Positions 11,644 to 24,181 of a stretch of DNA of 64,000 bases are shown piece by piece. The notes under the pieces are model-generated. The model made no database searches. It was not told the origin of the DNA and worked only from the letters and a program-made list of their open reading frames with translations. How positions within the stretch are numbered: the stretch's first letter is position 1; each line of letters starts with the position of its first letter. The translations under genes were made by a program, and so were the position numbers. This DNA comes from Antechinus flavipes (taxonomy: Eukaryota), in NCBI RefSeq assembly GCF_016432865.1, contig NC_067400.1, positions 556,698,001 to 556,762,000 on the forward strand. Direction: 5' to 3'.

Positions 11644-11950
11644 ACTTACCCTCTCCAAGTGTTCATTTCAGTATTCACTTACCTGCTCTCTCTGATGGCT
11701 GGAGTTCTGCTGCTCACATCTATAGAGCCAGGCCTGTTCTCTGCTTACCTGGTATCTTTAAGGCCCTTGTCCACAATACCCTAGAGTCTGTGGGCTCCCC
11801 TCCCTTGATGTGATATTTATATCACCTCCCATTTCATAGATTATCACTGGGACTTCAGATTCAGCAGGGATTTCTAAATCACTGATGTAATGCTACTTAG
11901 GGAGTCCCTGATATCTATCACATGCTTATGAAGCCTATGTCCTCACTTTC
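11644..11950 (-). promoter_or_regulatory. Candidate first non-coding exon/promoter of the 5590-6534 OR with three alternative donors
   Basis: Minus-strand AGG|GTAAGT (exon end 11650), CAG|GTAAGT (11683) and CAG|GTAAGC (11749) in unique sequence. Confidence 0.4.
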
Positions 11951-13354
11951 CACTCAGAGATTATAGCAATGCCACGTTTTGTTCCTAGGATTTGAAGTGA
12001 AAAGATACTTGAAGGATCATTTAGTTTAATCCTATCTTTTTATTTTTTCCTTCAATTTTTAAAAATTTTCCTCAATTACACAAAATTTTTTTTACATTTA
12101 TTTTTCAAAGTGTGAATTCCATATTCTGCCCTTTCTATCCCATGCCCTCTTATTGAGAAGACATATTTGAAGTTATGAAAAATATTTCATAAAAGTCTTG
12201 TTGCAAAAGAAGATAGATCTCCACCTCCCAAAAAATCTTCAAGAAAGATAAAGTTAAAAAAAAAAAGGTATGCATCAATCTATATTTAGATCCAATCATT
12301 TCTTCCTCTGTAACCTGCCTTTTGAGAGAGGTAGAGCCTGAGAAGCAGTGTAGAGAAATGTAGACTAATAATTTTTATGCAGCACCTTAAGTTTTATAAA
12401 ACCCTTCCGATTCATTTTCTCATTTGAGCCTCAACAATAACTCTATGAACTAGGTGTTATCATTATTTCTATTTTTCAAAACAGAAGAGTTACTAAATGA
12501 CTCTGACAGAATTTCAATGCAGGCCTTTTTTTACTCAGATCAGGACTTAGTCCACAATGCTACTTCTCTCCATACAACAAAAAGGCAACCAATCCAGGAA
12601 AGTGGATTGTTGCCTCAACAAGAAATGCCAGATTTGGTGTCCAAAGATCTTTGTTCAAATTTTGCCTTTGCTACTAACTAGCTGTGTGATGATGGGCAAA
12701 TCAGGATCCTCTGGGCTTTGGTTTCCTTCTCTGTAAAATTAGGAGTTTTATTTACTTTTGTTTTGCCTATCTATTTTCCTATGTACTAATTTTTCCCCAT
12801 GGGAACAGAGAATATTACCAGAGACCAAAAAACTTGATTGTTTCAGTATTCTATTTCTTATCTTCACAATGAATAGGGGAAGGATGAGAGGGTAGGACTG
12901 AATTTGGAACTGAAAATAAAAATAACATTTAAAATAAAAAGAAATTAATAAACTTTGTTTCTCTTCTAGAGCTGAGCACAGTGTTCAGGACACAAGTAAC
13001 AAATAATCATTCAATGAATAAGTGAAAAAAATTAAAAAATGTGGAAATTAGAGAATAGAACTGTGAACCCAAAAACAACCCATGACTGGAACTAAGAATG
13101 GAGTATGGCTTGGAATAAAAGCGTTTTTGTTTGCAGTGAAAGTGGCTCCCCCATCTTTCAAATCTAACTTTTCCTTAAATTATTTTGTATTTATCATGTA
13201 TTTTTTATTACCATTGCATATTCATATCACTGGTATCAAAATTAAATTGAAAAAGTTCTACATAAGGATTCTTACAGTGACATATTGACTTAGTGTTTAA
13301 AATGTATTAGTATCTAATTTAAAATGTATTAGTATTCCTAATTACTGCTGAAGA

Positions 13355-13575
13355 CCATAACTTAAAAAGGCCAAAGTCTCCTGTTTCATGCAGGGCCACC
13401 TCTAATACTCTTGAACTATATCTGGCCACTGGACTCAGATGGCTCTGGAGGGAAAAGTGAGGCAGGTCAGCTTGCACAGTGCCCCCTCAATGGAATCAAA
13501 TTCACTTGCATGTCATGGCTTCAACTCTCTAATGTCATGATCCTTTTGGAGACAAAGGTCAAACAACAACAATAT
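13355..13575 (-). mobile_element. RTE-associated marsupial SINE
   Basis: Reverse complement of the 7330-7505 family (ATTCACTTGCATGTCATGG...GACAAAGGTCAAACAACAAC). Confidence 0.65.
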
Positions 13576-14055
13576 TTTAATCTGGTTCAGGCCACTCATA
13601 GGAAAGTTGTAGGGTCACCACACACCATTTCCCCCCTTTCCCCCCCCCCCAGCTTTGTGTTTGCCATTTCTGCCATATAGGTTGCCTCTTGCCTCTTCCA
13701 CAGAAGGTAAATTCCTAGAGAAGAGATTGTTTCATTTTTGTCTTTTCATCCTCAGTGGTTAGCACAGGGCTTAGCTCACAGAGCACATTTAATAAAAATT
13801 GTTTATTAACTGAAAATGATGGATCAGAGTACAAGGTCTACTCAAAATTTCACATCCAGTTAAGGAGTTTGGAGCAATAAAATCTCTGATCTGTTACTAC
13901 TTACATGTCTCCTGCAAAAATTCCATCCTGTCTGAAAGACAAAAAAACATCCTATTTCTCTAATTGAATGAAACAACATCCTGGCTTCTTCCTTCTCTGT
14001 ACCTTGCTCTCAGAATGTGGGCTGTTAACCTACTTGATTGTGTGTGGTTCAGAAA

Positions 14056-14465
14056 TGATGAGGGGTCACCATTTAATAAAAAGCCGGAGAGATCTCTAGA
14101 AGCAAAGCAAAGTTTATTCTATGTTCATGCTGGAAGGACGGCCCACTCATCGGGCAGACAATCAAAGAGAGTAAGCACCATAGTGGGCAGGGTCAACACT
14201 TTTAATCCCTAACACAAATACCCCCTCCCACCACTGACCCTCATCCTTACTGGCTGAGGATTTTACATTCTAAATGCAGGAACTACCCAAGAAATTGAAC
14301 TTGACCAATAAGTACATAGTTGCCCATATTTGACTGAAATAGGGAGATGCTGATGTCATGGGAGGATAGCAGGAAGAGGACTTAAGTATGCCCTTGACTC
14401 AATACTTAAAGTTCTTCAGACCTACTTAAAATCTGAAATAAATGAAGCCTTACTCGATTTTTACA
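14056..14465 (-). mobile_element. Probable ERV solo LTR
   Basis: Minus strand starts TGTAAAA; TATA-like ATTAAAA and poly(A) signal AATAAA in LTR order; no TSD found. Confidence 0.5.
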
Positions 14466-15554
14466 ACTGTCTTGAAATATCTCACCTCATCGCATTCAAC
14501 TGAAGCCCCAACTTTTCAGAATATAAAGCTCTCCCAAACTTCTTTTAATTGCCAGTCTCTCTCAGAGATTGTCTTTCTGTTTTGGCATTAAGTCTTTTGT
14601 GAATATAAGACAATCTCTTTGAATTTTTAAACTATGAACCCTGACTCAAAAATACATAGCTGAAAGCACTGAATATCTAGAGATATGGGTACTGTAATCC
14701 TAAGATAGTCACTAAAAAGCAGGGATTCTAGCTGTCCTTTAATTTATATAATGCTTTGATTTTTGAAGATCTAAGACTCTATTCCTGTATTAAATGGATT
14801 CTTGTTCATCCTGCATTGGAATTGTGTGCCAGGGAACTTTATCTTTACTCTAGAATCTCCTTCCCCAGGGGCACTTTGTCTATATTCTAATTTAGGGCTT
14901 ACTTAGATCAAAGGAAGCCCCACCTATGAATTTGTGTAGCAGATAGATTAATATGTAAACAGGGGTCCCCTGAATCTCAGCTCAATCTATGATAGAACAA
15001 GGGAAATAAGTCTGACTTCTTATGAGAATAGATGATTTATAAAGAAAGCAAAGGGGTTAGTTCTGACTTAGTGTTTCAGCTTTGTAGGTTTTTGTTTCTA
15101 TCTTCAATCCCTACCACAGTATAGAAATATAGTAAATGATGGCTGAATCAAATTGAATTGGAGCTAGGAACAAGAAAGATCTATGATTCTGAATCAAAAT
15201 ACCTCAGTTTGTCCCAGGAATAGAGAGTGCTGTTTGAGAGGCAAAGGCTGCCACTGACAAGGTTTTGCCCAACTTGACATTTATTTGATCACAGAAGCTG
15301 GCTCCGTTTTGAAATGTTTATGCTATGATCAGTTTGTTTTAGTTTGATTTTGATGACCCTGGGAAGTGCTCTGGCCAGAGTCAGTTTCAGTCAGTGTTTC
15401 TCAGTGTTTCTCACCTGTCCATCAGACACCCAATCACCCAATCACCCAAGTGATTATATAAATCTCGATTCCTTCTCTGATCTCACTGTACTTACCAGGA
15501 AATATTTACAAGTTTATAATGTGAAATATATTACACATTTAGTTATAAAAGTAA

Positions 15555-15800
15555 CATACAATTAGTCACATTTTTGTTGTTCACTTGTATCTCTCCTTTC
15601 ATGATCTCATTTGTGATTCTCTTGGCAGATAGTAGCAAGGTTTGTAATTTCCTTTTCTAGCTTATTTTACAGAGAGGAAACTGAGGTAAACGGGATAAAA
15701 GTGACTAACCATAGCTAGTAATTGTCTGAGCCTAGATTTGAACTCAGATATTCCTGACTTTAGACCTAGTGCTCTATCTACTACATCACTTAGCTATCCT
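15555..15800 (+). mobile_element. Mar1-type SINE
   Basis: TTTTACAGAGAGGAAACTGAGGTAAAC...GATTTGAACTCAG. Confidence 0.65.
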
Positions 15801-16885
15801 AATCATAACTACAAACTATTTCTACTAATCTTCCCCACCTAAGCCTAAGTCACACAGTTCCACAATCTGTTCCTTTTCCCTCTCCTCATCTTAACATAAG
15901 TCATATCATAGATTTTGAACTATAAGGGACTTTCCAGGCCCTCAAATCTAATCCCCTCATTTTGCAAGTGAAGTAACAGGCACTGAGAGGTTAATTTGCC
16001 CAAAGTCACATGGCTAGTAAATGTTTCATGTCAGAATTGAATGAAAATATTTCTGATTTCTAGGCCAACACCCTTTCTACTGGACTATCCCTATGAGCCT
16101 TCTACAGTCTAAAATTCCTGGTTTACTACATAGCTTAGGCTCTGTGCTTTTATAAGTACAATAATTGTACTTAGTTGTCATCAAAACTCAAAGAATGGCA
16201 TATTCCTGTCATTCATTGCTTCATTTCTGTGGCACTATGATTTGGGAAATCTGAGCTCAGGAACTATTCTGACCACCAAGTTAGAAGGGAACTGGAATAG
16301 CAGAAGAGACAAGTTTCTTTAATAACCAAGAGAGTTTGGGGTGTGGGTGGTATGCCAGGGAGAAAGACTTAAGCAAATGAGAGGGGAGAAGAAGAGAAGT
16401 CCTCTGGAAAAATTTATTAATGTTATGGAAAAATAAAGAGGGAAGAAAACTGGATCAAAAATGTACTGTACTGAAGAAGCCCAAAAGGGATCCAAGTCAG
16501 AGGGTCTCTGAGTTGAAAAAACTAGTACTATCTGTATCTAATGATACTATCCTGAATGGAGTCTATCCTCATCTACTGTTCCTTTAAGTCTCTAGTTCTG
16601 AAAAACTTTGACTTATATTATCAAAGACCTACACAGTTCAAATATCATCTTTTACATGAAACTTCTAGGAAGGCTTAGCCCAGGAATAATGATCTTCTGT
16701 GCTTTGATCTCACATAACACTTTGTGTCAACTTTCCCACTCTACTCCCAGTTTCAACTTCACAAGTAATCTTTTAATAATGTGAATACACATCTTTGCAT
16801 TAATAGCTGGAATACTAGCTAACAGTAACAGCCAAAACCTCTGGTTCAGAATTGAATTAAACTTAATTCAATTAAAACATTAGGT

Positions 16886-16950
16886 ACTTAATATAATAAT
16901 ATAATATAATAACTTAATATAATAATATAATATAATAACTTAATATAATA
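16886..16950. repeat. 26-bp AT-rich tandem repeat (~2.5 copies)
   Basis: ACTTAATATAATAATATAATATAATA repeated. Confidence 0.85.
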
Positions 16951-17359
16951 AACTTATTCTATATTCCATACCTTATAAGCTAACATACAAAGACACCTAT
17001 ATCCAGAGATATAGAAGAAATAAATCAAATTCAATATTTCTAGATATATCTTAATGGGAGTAGAAACCATGTTATTATTATTGATATTTCCAAGTTTGAA
17101 ACAGGTCTATCTGTCCACAATGAACATATTATATTTTGTTTTATAGTTACCTGTGTTAATGTCTTACACATCTACTAAATGCTAATCTCTATGAGAGTAG
17201 AAATTGTTCATTTAAAATGTGTTTTTTCTCAAGATAGAGAACAAAATATAGCTCCCAGCACACATTTAATAAACATTTGTCAAACTTAATTGAATATAAA
17301 AGAAATCATTATCTGCCCCGCTCCCAGGAAGACTTCCATTAACCCCAGTGACTAGAACT

Positions 17360-18298
17360 TCATTTTAGTTGTACCATGAGTTTAATAATCGCCCGGCGTA
17401 TCTCCTTGGTCTTGATACTATAGATGATGGGGTTGAGCATCGGAGGCACGAATAGGTAGATGTTAGCCATAAGGAGGTGAACAACAGGTGAAGCATGTTT
17501 TCCAAAACGGTGTACTAAAGACAGCCCCACCATGGGCACAAAGAAGATCAACACAGCACTGAGATGTGAGGTGCATGTCTGGAAGGCCCGTAGTTGCTCT
17601 TCTCGGGAAGCCAGACCCATCACAGTGTGCAGAATGAGTGCATAAGACAAGGCTATGAAAACCAAGTCAAGAACCACAGTGAATATCACCAATGTCAGCC
17701 CATACAGATTGTTAAAGGTAGTGTCTGCACAGGCCAGGCGGATCACATCTTGGTGTAGACAAAAAGAGTGAGAGAGGATTCTCCTTCCACAGTATGGAAA
17801 TTTTTGCAGGAGGAGGACAATGGGGAGTAGAGCCACAGGACCCCTGAGAATAATGGCAAGTCCAGCCCGAGTCACTCTCTGGCCTGTAACAATGACTGAG
17901 TACCGCAATGGACGACAGATGGCCACAAAACGGTCAAATGACATGACAAGGAGCACAGCAGACTCCATGAAGGAGAAGGAATGGATACAAAACATCTGGA
18001 ACTGGCAGGTACCGAAATAGATGTCCTGGGAACCAAACCAGAAGGTGACTAGTGTGGTAGGCAGTGTGGATACTGAGAGGCCAAGGTCATTTAGGGCCAG
18101 CAGTGAGAGGAGGTAGTACATGGGGGTATGAAGTTGAGTGTTTGTCTTAATGATGAACAGGATGAAGCAGTTGCCCAAGATGGCCAGCAAATACATAAGA
18201 CAGAAGGGGATAAGGATCCAATGTTGAATGGCCTCCAAACCAGGGAAACCAATGAGATAGAAAGTAGGGCGGAAATGGGTAACATTGATTGGGGACAT
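17360..18298 (-). CDS. OR51M1: Olfactory receptor 51M1 orthologue, intact (312 aa)
   Basis: Diagnostic stretches match recalled human OR51M1: [83 protein letters not shown]. Confidence 0.9.
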   Translation of the reverse strand: MSPINVTHFRPTFYLIGFPGLEAIQHWILIPFCLMYLLAILGNCFILFIIKTNTQLHTPMYYLLSLLALNDLGLSVSTLPTTLVTFWFGSQDIYFGTCQFQMFCIHSFSFMESAVLLVMSFDRFVAICRPLRYSVIVTGQRVTRAGLAIILRGPVALLPIVLLLQKFPYCGRRILSHSFCLHQDVIRLACADTTFNNLYGLTLVIFTVVLDLVFIALSYALILHTVMGLASREEQLRAFQTCTSHLSAVLIFFVPMVGLSLVHRFGKHASPVVHLLMANIYLFVPPMLNPIIYSIKTKEIRRAIIKLMVQLK

Positions 18299-19399
18299 AG
18301 AATGAGGAATGAAGGAAATTAGGCTTCTTTTCTGAAAAGCAAGCTGAAAAGAAAACCAAATTTCTGGTTATTTATTAACAAGAGGCATATCAGAAACAGA
18401 ACTCATTTTTTGTCTTCATTAACACTTAAATCACTATCCTCCTTAACATATATTTCTCCATAGTCATTACCATCTGCAAGGGAAATGCCATCTGACTACT
18501 TATTTCCTTTGTCTCCATTCCTTCTTGTAATGTTTTGGTTAGCTTTCTGGAGGTCCTTCAGATAGACCTTGGTCTCAGCAGGATAGACACCATGAGAATG
18601 GTCAGGAATAGAGTCTAGAGTCTTTATTCTGGCCCAGAAGACTGGACCAGTTTTGATCTTAATGGAGGAGTGCAGGAAGCAAGAGAGTCACCAGGAAGAT
18701 GGTCAAAAATAGAATGTCCCATTTCCAGTCCTTCTCAGCTCTTAAATACCATATTATAATTACATCATTACAGCATCCTGATTAATATGTGAACTAGAAA
18801 ACCATTACATCACCATGCTAAGTACTACGTATATGTAAACTAGAGAGTCATCATCTCATCAATTGCACTGAATTAACAACTTGTTGTAAGTATTCTTGTT
18901 TCAAGTATACTTCTCCAGAGCTCTGGCCCTCAATATCTTTTTTTCTCTAGGATCTGTGAATTGTCTGAGTGTTACAAGACTCATCACTAGTCCATTGGAT
19001 ACTAATAACAGTAAAATACTGTTATTTTATATACTGGAGTAGATTTGAACTATGTTATTTTTTGTAGACAAGAGTTTCAAAGTCTAACTTAAAGATTCAT
19101 AAGTAGATTCAATTTCTTCTTGAATTTGTACAAAAAAACAGTAAAATCATTTGGGTGATAGTTATGTGATAGGGAATTGGTGGTGAGAAATTTAAGTAGG
19201 AAGAAAAGAACACTTTTTCCCATCTCACTTTTTCTTCCCCTCCGCCCCCAAATCATCTTTGATCAATATAAAAGTCCTGAATCTCTACATCTCTCAGTGT
19301 AAAGTTTATTTTGGGTTTAGGAAATTCTGCTAAGATGTTATGCTCTAATGTCTGGCCTTTATATGTTGACACAAAATCATAGTGTGTCTTGGTGCTTTT

Positions 19400-19580
19400 T
19401 AAACATTACCACTCACAATCCCTTTTGGCACCATAAATTTTTACTTGACTCCAAATATATAACCATATAAAACATATATGCAAACCAACATTCACTGATA
19501 ATAAATCATAATTTTGTGATTTCCACATTGTTATAACATGCCATATGGGGTTGTGAATCATACTTTAAGAAGCTGGAGAC
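19400..19580. mobile_element. hAT-Charlie-like non-autonomous DNA transposon relic
   Basis: CTGATAATAAATCATAATTTTGTGA...CCATATGGGGTTGTG...TTTAAGAAGCT; an inverted homologous copy at 61660-61860. Confidence 0.5.
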
Positions 19581-19779
19581 TGTCTAGTAATAATGGTATG
19601 TGTCTATTTATTGTATGTATTGTGCCCCAATTAGAATCTTGCCTCCTTGAAGGCAGAAAAAAAGCTCTTGCTTTTTTTATTCCCAGCACTGAATACAGTG
19701 CTTGGCACATAGAATGTGCTTACTAAACACTCTTTGATTGAGAAGTTGATTATGCTGATAGAGTGCTTTGAGGTTTGTC

Positions 19780-20870
19780 TTTGTGTACATTGCTTTTTCA
19801 AACTTTTTGAAATTCCTTTTTGAAATTCCCACAGATTCTCCTCCTTCTACTCTCTCAGTTGAGGACTTTGCCTGATATTTTACTGAACAAAATTAGGTAC
19901 TTCCCCCACAGTTACCTTTTCTCCCATGTTCTTCATCTTACATCACTCAGATGCTTCAGGCATTGAATGTCCTCATGCATTCTACTATCACATGAGGAGC
20001 CTGCATTTCTCTTTGCTAAGGCAAAACAATCTGCATGTAATCCCTCGCCAAACCAACTTCTCCAGCAGCTTCCTCCCTCTGTTATGGCCCTCTTCACTTA
20101 TTTGTCTTCAACATCTCTGAATGGGACTGATTAAATGAAGCTTTTTCAGTTTGAAACTAGGTAAGTCACATGATCCCTATTCCAGACTGGGATATCAGGC
20201 CGTGGAGTCTGAGTCCAAGAAGGACCCTGGGAAGTCACATTATCTCTAAAAGGTCAGACCCTAAATTATAGGAAGTGACAGGAAGTTACAGGAAGTGACA
20301 TGACCCGTGGGAAGCAGACAACATTAGTGACCATTGGTCAAGGATGATTGTGTACTTTTAGTCTATCTAATGAAAAGACTGAGTCTTTTCCTATTTAACT
20401 GGATGTTCTACTTCTGGCTGATCAGGTTCCAGGAGTACATGGTGGGAGTTGGGATGGCTCCCAGGTGTGTGTCTGGCCCTCTCCCTGAAGGGAGATGTCT
20501 CTGATTAGTTAATTTGGGAAAGGGGTCTAGCATCCATCCCCCACATCTCTTTTTCTACTAGCTACTTCCCTACTTCTCCCAAACATGCTCTTGTCTCTCT
20601 GCCTCCCTTTCAAACAAACCTCATTTGATCTTTTTAATCCCATTAACTATTGTCCCATTTCTCCCTTTCCTTTTGTGGCTAAACTCCTTGAGAAGACCAT
20701 CTATTATAGATGGCTTCACTTCCTTTCTTTCTTTTTAATTCTCTACAATCTGGTTTTTCAACTCTTAACAATTAGCTCAAACTTTTTTCTCTAAAGTTAC
20801 AAATGAGCTCTTAATTGCCAAATTCAATGTCCTTTTCCCAATCCCCATCTTTCTACATGGCTCTGTAGTC
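19780..20870 (+). mobile_element. L2 LINE fragment interrupted by a solo LTR
   Basis: L2-like CCCATTTCTCCCTTTCCTTTTGTGGCTAAACTCCTTGAGAAG; flanks rejoin as GTCTTCAACATCTC-TTTTTCTACTAG. Confidence 0.7.
20118..20545. mobile_element. ERV solo LTR (family B), 428 bp, 4-bp TSD TCTC
   Basis: TG...CA termini; TCTC at 20114-20117 and 20546-20549; homologous copy at 23941-24181. Confidence 0.75.
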
Positions 20871-21600
20871 TATGAAACTTTCATAATCACTTCTCATCCA
20901 AATGTAGGATTTTAAAAATTATTTTGTTGTTCTTTATTATTTAGTGTCTCTGGCTGAACAAGGAAATATGGAGGGAAGGAGAAGGGGAGCCATGGGGATT
21001 CCATATATTCCATTTAGTCAAGAAAACATGCATGTGTAACAGCAAGGAAGAAAAGAAGAGAATGGAGAGACATATGAGATTAAACAGGAGACTATGGATT
21101 TGCTAGCCTGAATGGGGAAATGACTGGAGGGAACCCAAGTGTTCTGGCTCCTAATCTGTGCCTTTTTAAGCTTCTGAAAAGTGATCAGGCAATAAAAGAA
21201 CCCAAAGCAGTAGACAATAGGCTGCTAGGAGATGAATAGGTGGCATGATATAATGGGAAGACTCTAGAATCAGAGAACCTAGATTACAAATCTCCTCTCT
21301 AACATGTATTTTATTTAGGACTTTGGGCAAGTTATTGAAATTTTTCTATGCCTCGTTTTCCACATTTATAAAATGAAGGAGTTAGACTAGATGACTTATG
21401 AGGCTCTTTCTAACATTATGATCTTATGAAAGCCCAAGATGTTCCCTTGGATGTTCCAAGATGTCTGGGGTCCCAAAAGATTCCTTAGGCTGCAGTGTGG
21501 TAATTATGCTCCAACTCTCTTCTTCTTCTTGTTTCTACCTCTATTTCTGTCATATAATCATAAATGTCAGAACCTAAGTAGTCCTTAGAGGTTAGTCTTA

Positions 21601-21952
21601 NNNNNNNNNNNNNNNNNNNNNNNNNNNNNNNNNNNNNNNNNNNNNNNNNNNNNNNNNNNNNNNNNNNNNNNNNNNNNNNNNNNNNNNNNNNNNNNNNNNN
21701 NNNNNNNNNNNNNNNNNNNNNNNNNNNNNNNNNNNNNNNNNNNNNNNNNNNNNNNNNNNNNNNNNNNNNNNNNNNNNNNNNNNNNNNNNNNNNNNNNNNN
21801 NNNNNNNNNNNNNNNNNNNNNNNNNNNNNNNNNNNNNNNNNNNNNNNNNNNNNNNNNNNNNNNNNNNNNNNNNNNNNNNNNNNNNNNNNNNNNNNNNNNN
21901 NNNNNNNNNNNNNNNNNNNNNNNNNNNNNNNNNNNNNNNNNNNNNNNNNNNN
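21601..21952. other. Assembly gap (352 N)
   Basis: Run of N. Confidence 1.
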
Positions 21953-23512
21953 GGGAAGACAAAGAAAGACACAAATCAGTCTCTGCCCTTGAGAGGTTCA
22001 TAATCACAGAGTTAAGAAGTGGTAGAGCAGGGGATCAAGTTCAAGTCCTTTGCTTTCCAATTCAGTGTATTTTCCACTCTTCCTGAAAGTCATATATCCC
22101 TTCCCCAGCTTCTGTCCCTCCCCATCCTTACAGCATCATGACATGAATAATCAGAACAGATCTGAATTATGAAACACTCACAGGCTGCTCTCCAAGTGAC
22201 CAAGTTTGTGTCCTACTGGCTCTTACTGCAGGATGAAATCAGCAGTCAGACAACAGAAAGTAGAGGCATTGAGAGGACATGTTCCATTGTCTGTTCTGGG
22301 TATATTTATCCTCCTCCTTTTTCTATCCTCAGGGAAAACTCAGGCCTCAGGTGCTGGAAGCTGAGTACAGAATCCCAGAGATAACCCCAACATCAACCTT
22401 CCCTACTCTTCCCATTTCATTTTCTTTCTCTCACTTCCCTCCCCCTTTCTCTCCCTCCTTCCTCATAATCTCCCTACTTTCCCCCTCTACTCTGACTTTT
22501 AATCTGTTTTACTCTTCCTTTTTCATCCTCACCCCCAGGTTATTTTATAGACTCAGAGTTCAGTCCCTGATATTCTATGGTGTATCCATCAATGTCTCTT
22601 TTATAACCTTGCCTACTGAGGACTACCAATGTCAGCTTCCCTTATTCCTGATCTGATTTCATCTTCTCTCCTTTCCACTATACCATGGGAACCTGTGTCT
22701 AGAGATTTTCATTTCTTCTATGCTTGGGGCCCAGAACTACACTGCCCTATCCTTACACCCATACAAAAGACCAGGAACAATATTAGTCTCACACCCACTT
22801 TCAACTTCTTAATTTTTTTCTGTAATAAACTAATGTTTAGAAACCCATCAATAACCAAACTGCCATGAGCAACACTGGTAGCCTTAATTATCAAGTAAGA
22901 CCTCCTAACAATTAAAACTCATTTATTGATATTTCTTTATTTATTTCTATTACAAGCCAGTGCTAAGGCACAGTACTAAGTGCAAGAAAGACAAAAACAC
23001 ACAAAAAGTAGTCTCTGCCCTCAAGGATCTTACAATCTAATGAGGAAATAGCATGTAAATACATACAAAGCAAATTATATTCAAGACAAATAAGAAATAC
23101 TTAACAGAAGAAAGATTTGAATTAAGGGGGCATGGGGAAGGCTTTCTAGAAGAGATGGAATTTTAATTGGGACTTAAAAGCAATTAAGGAAGTCTGTAGA
23201 CAGAGCAGAGAAGGGACAGCAGTCTGAGCATAAGAGAAAGTCAAAGAAAATCCCCAGAGCCAATAAATGAAGTGTGTATTTTGTGGAACACTCAAAAAGC
23301 CAGTGTTTCTGGATGGAAGAGTATATGTCAGGGAATAATAACTTGAGGCAGGCAGATTCACCAGCAGGTTATTATAATTGCCTACACATGGGGCAATGAG
23401 GGCCTGTGAACAGTGGTAGAGTCAGAGGATAGGAGGTGGTAGTATATAAGTTTAGAAGGAGACCCCAAGAAGTTGAGGTCACAGTTCGGTATCTTGGGAT
23501 GCCTCGAAAGAA

Positions 23513-23930
23513 TTTGCAGAAAATGTTTGTGGCAGTCCTTTTTGTAGTGGCTAGAAACTGGAAATTGAATGGATGCCCATCAATTGGAGAATAGCTGAGT
23601 AAATTATGGTATATGAATGTTATGGAATATTATTGTTCTGTAAGAAATGACCATTGTCAAACCTATTTTTCCAAGACCATGTAAGAGGATGACTTCAGAG
23701 AGGTCTGGAGAGACTTACATGAACTGATGCTGAGTGAAATGAGCAGAACCAGATCATTATACACAGCAACAAGATTATACAATGATCAACTCTGATGGAC
23801 ATGGCTCTCTTCAACAATGAGTTGATTCAAACCACTTCCAATTGTTCAGTAATGAAGAGAATCAACTACACATAGCATTTCCACTCTTTCTGTTATTGTT
23901 TGCTTGCATTTTTGTTTTCCTTCTTAGATT
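23513..23930 (+). mobile_element. L1 ORF2 C-terminus/3' UTR fragment with a short internal insertion
   Basis: AATGTTTGTGGCAGTCCTTTTTGTAGTGGCTAGAAACTGG...GACTTACATGAACTGATGCTGAGTGAAATGAGCAGAACC; homologous to the L1 at 50050-51139. Confidence 0.9.
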
Positions 23931-23940
23931 TTTTTTTCTA

Positions 23941-24181
23941 GGTCAGTTTTAGGAAGTGACAGGAAGTGATGTGACCCACAGAAAGCAGACAATATTGGTA
24001 ATTATTGGCCAAAAACTATTTAATGTCCTGCTTGTCAGGTCAGGCTCATGTTGTGAGCTGAGATGTTTCCCTGGTATACTTGGACCTCTCGGTGCTGGGA
24101 CTAAATATATGCTTTCTCTTTGTACCTTAAGATGTCTCTGATTAGTTAATTTGGGGAAGGGAGTCTAGCATCCATCTCACA
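23941..24181. mobile_element. Partial LTR (family B)
   Basis: Shares AGGAAGTGACAGGAAGT and GATGTCTCTGATTAGTTAATTTGGG...CTAGCATCCATC with 20118-20545. Confidence 0.7.

Noticed and set aside
13483-13497. CTCF-like CCATTGAGGGGGCAC on the minus strand
   Set aside because: One base out of register with the core and located inside an RTE-type SINE
21585-22007. ORFs spanning N runs, also 1812-2082
   Set aside because: Artefacts of assembly gaps
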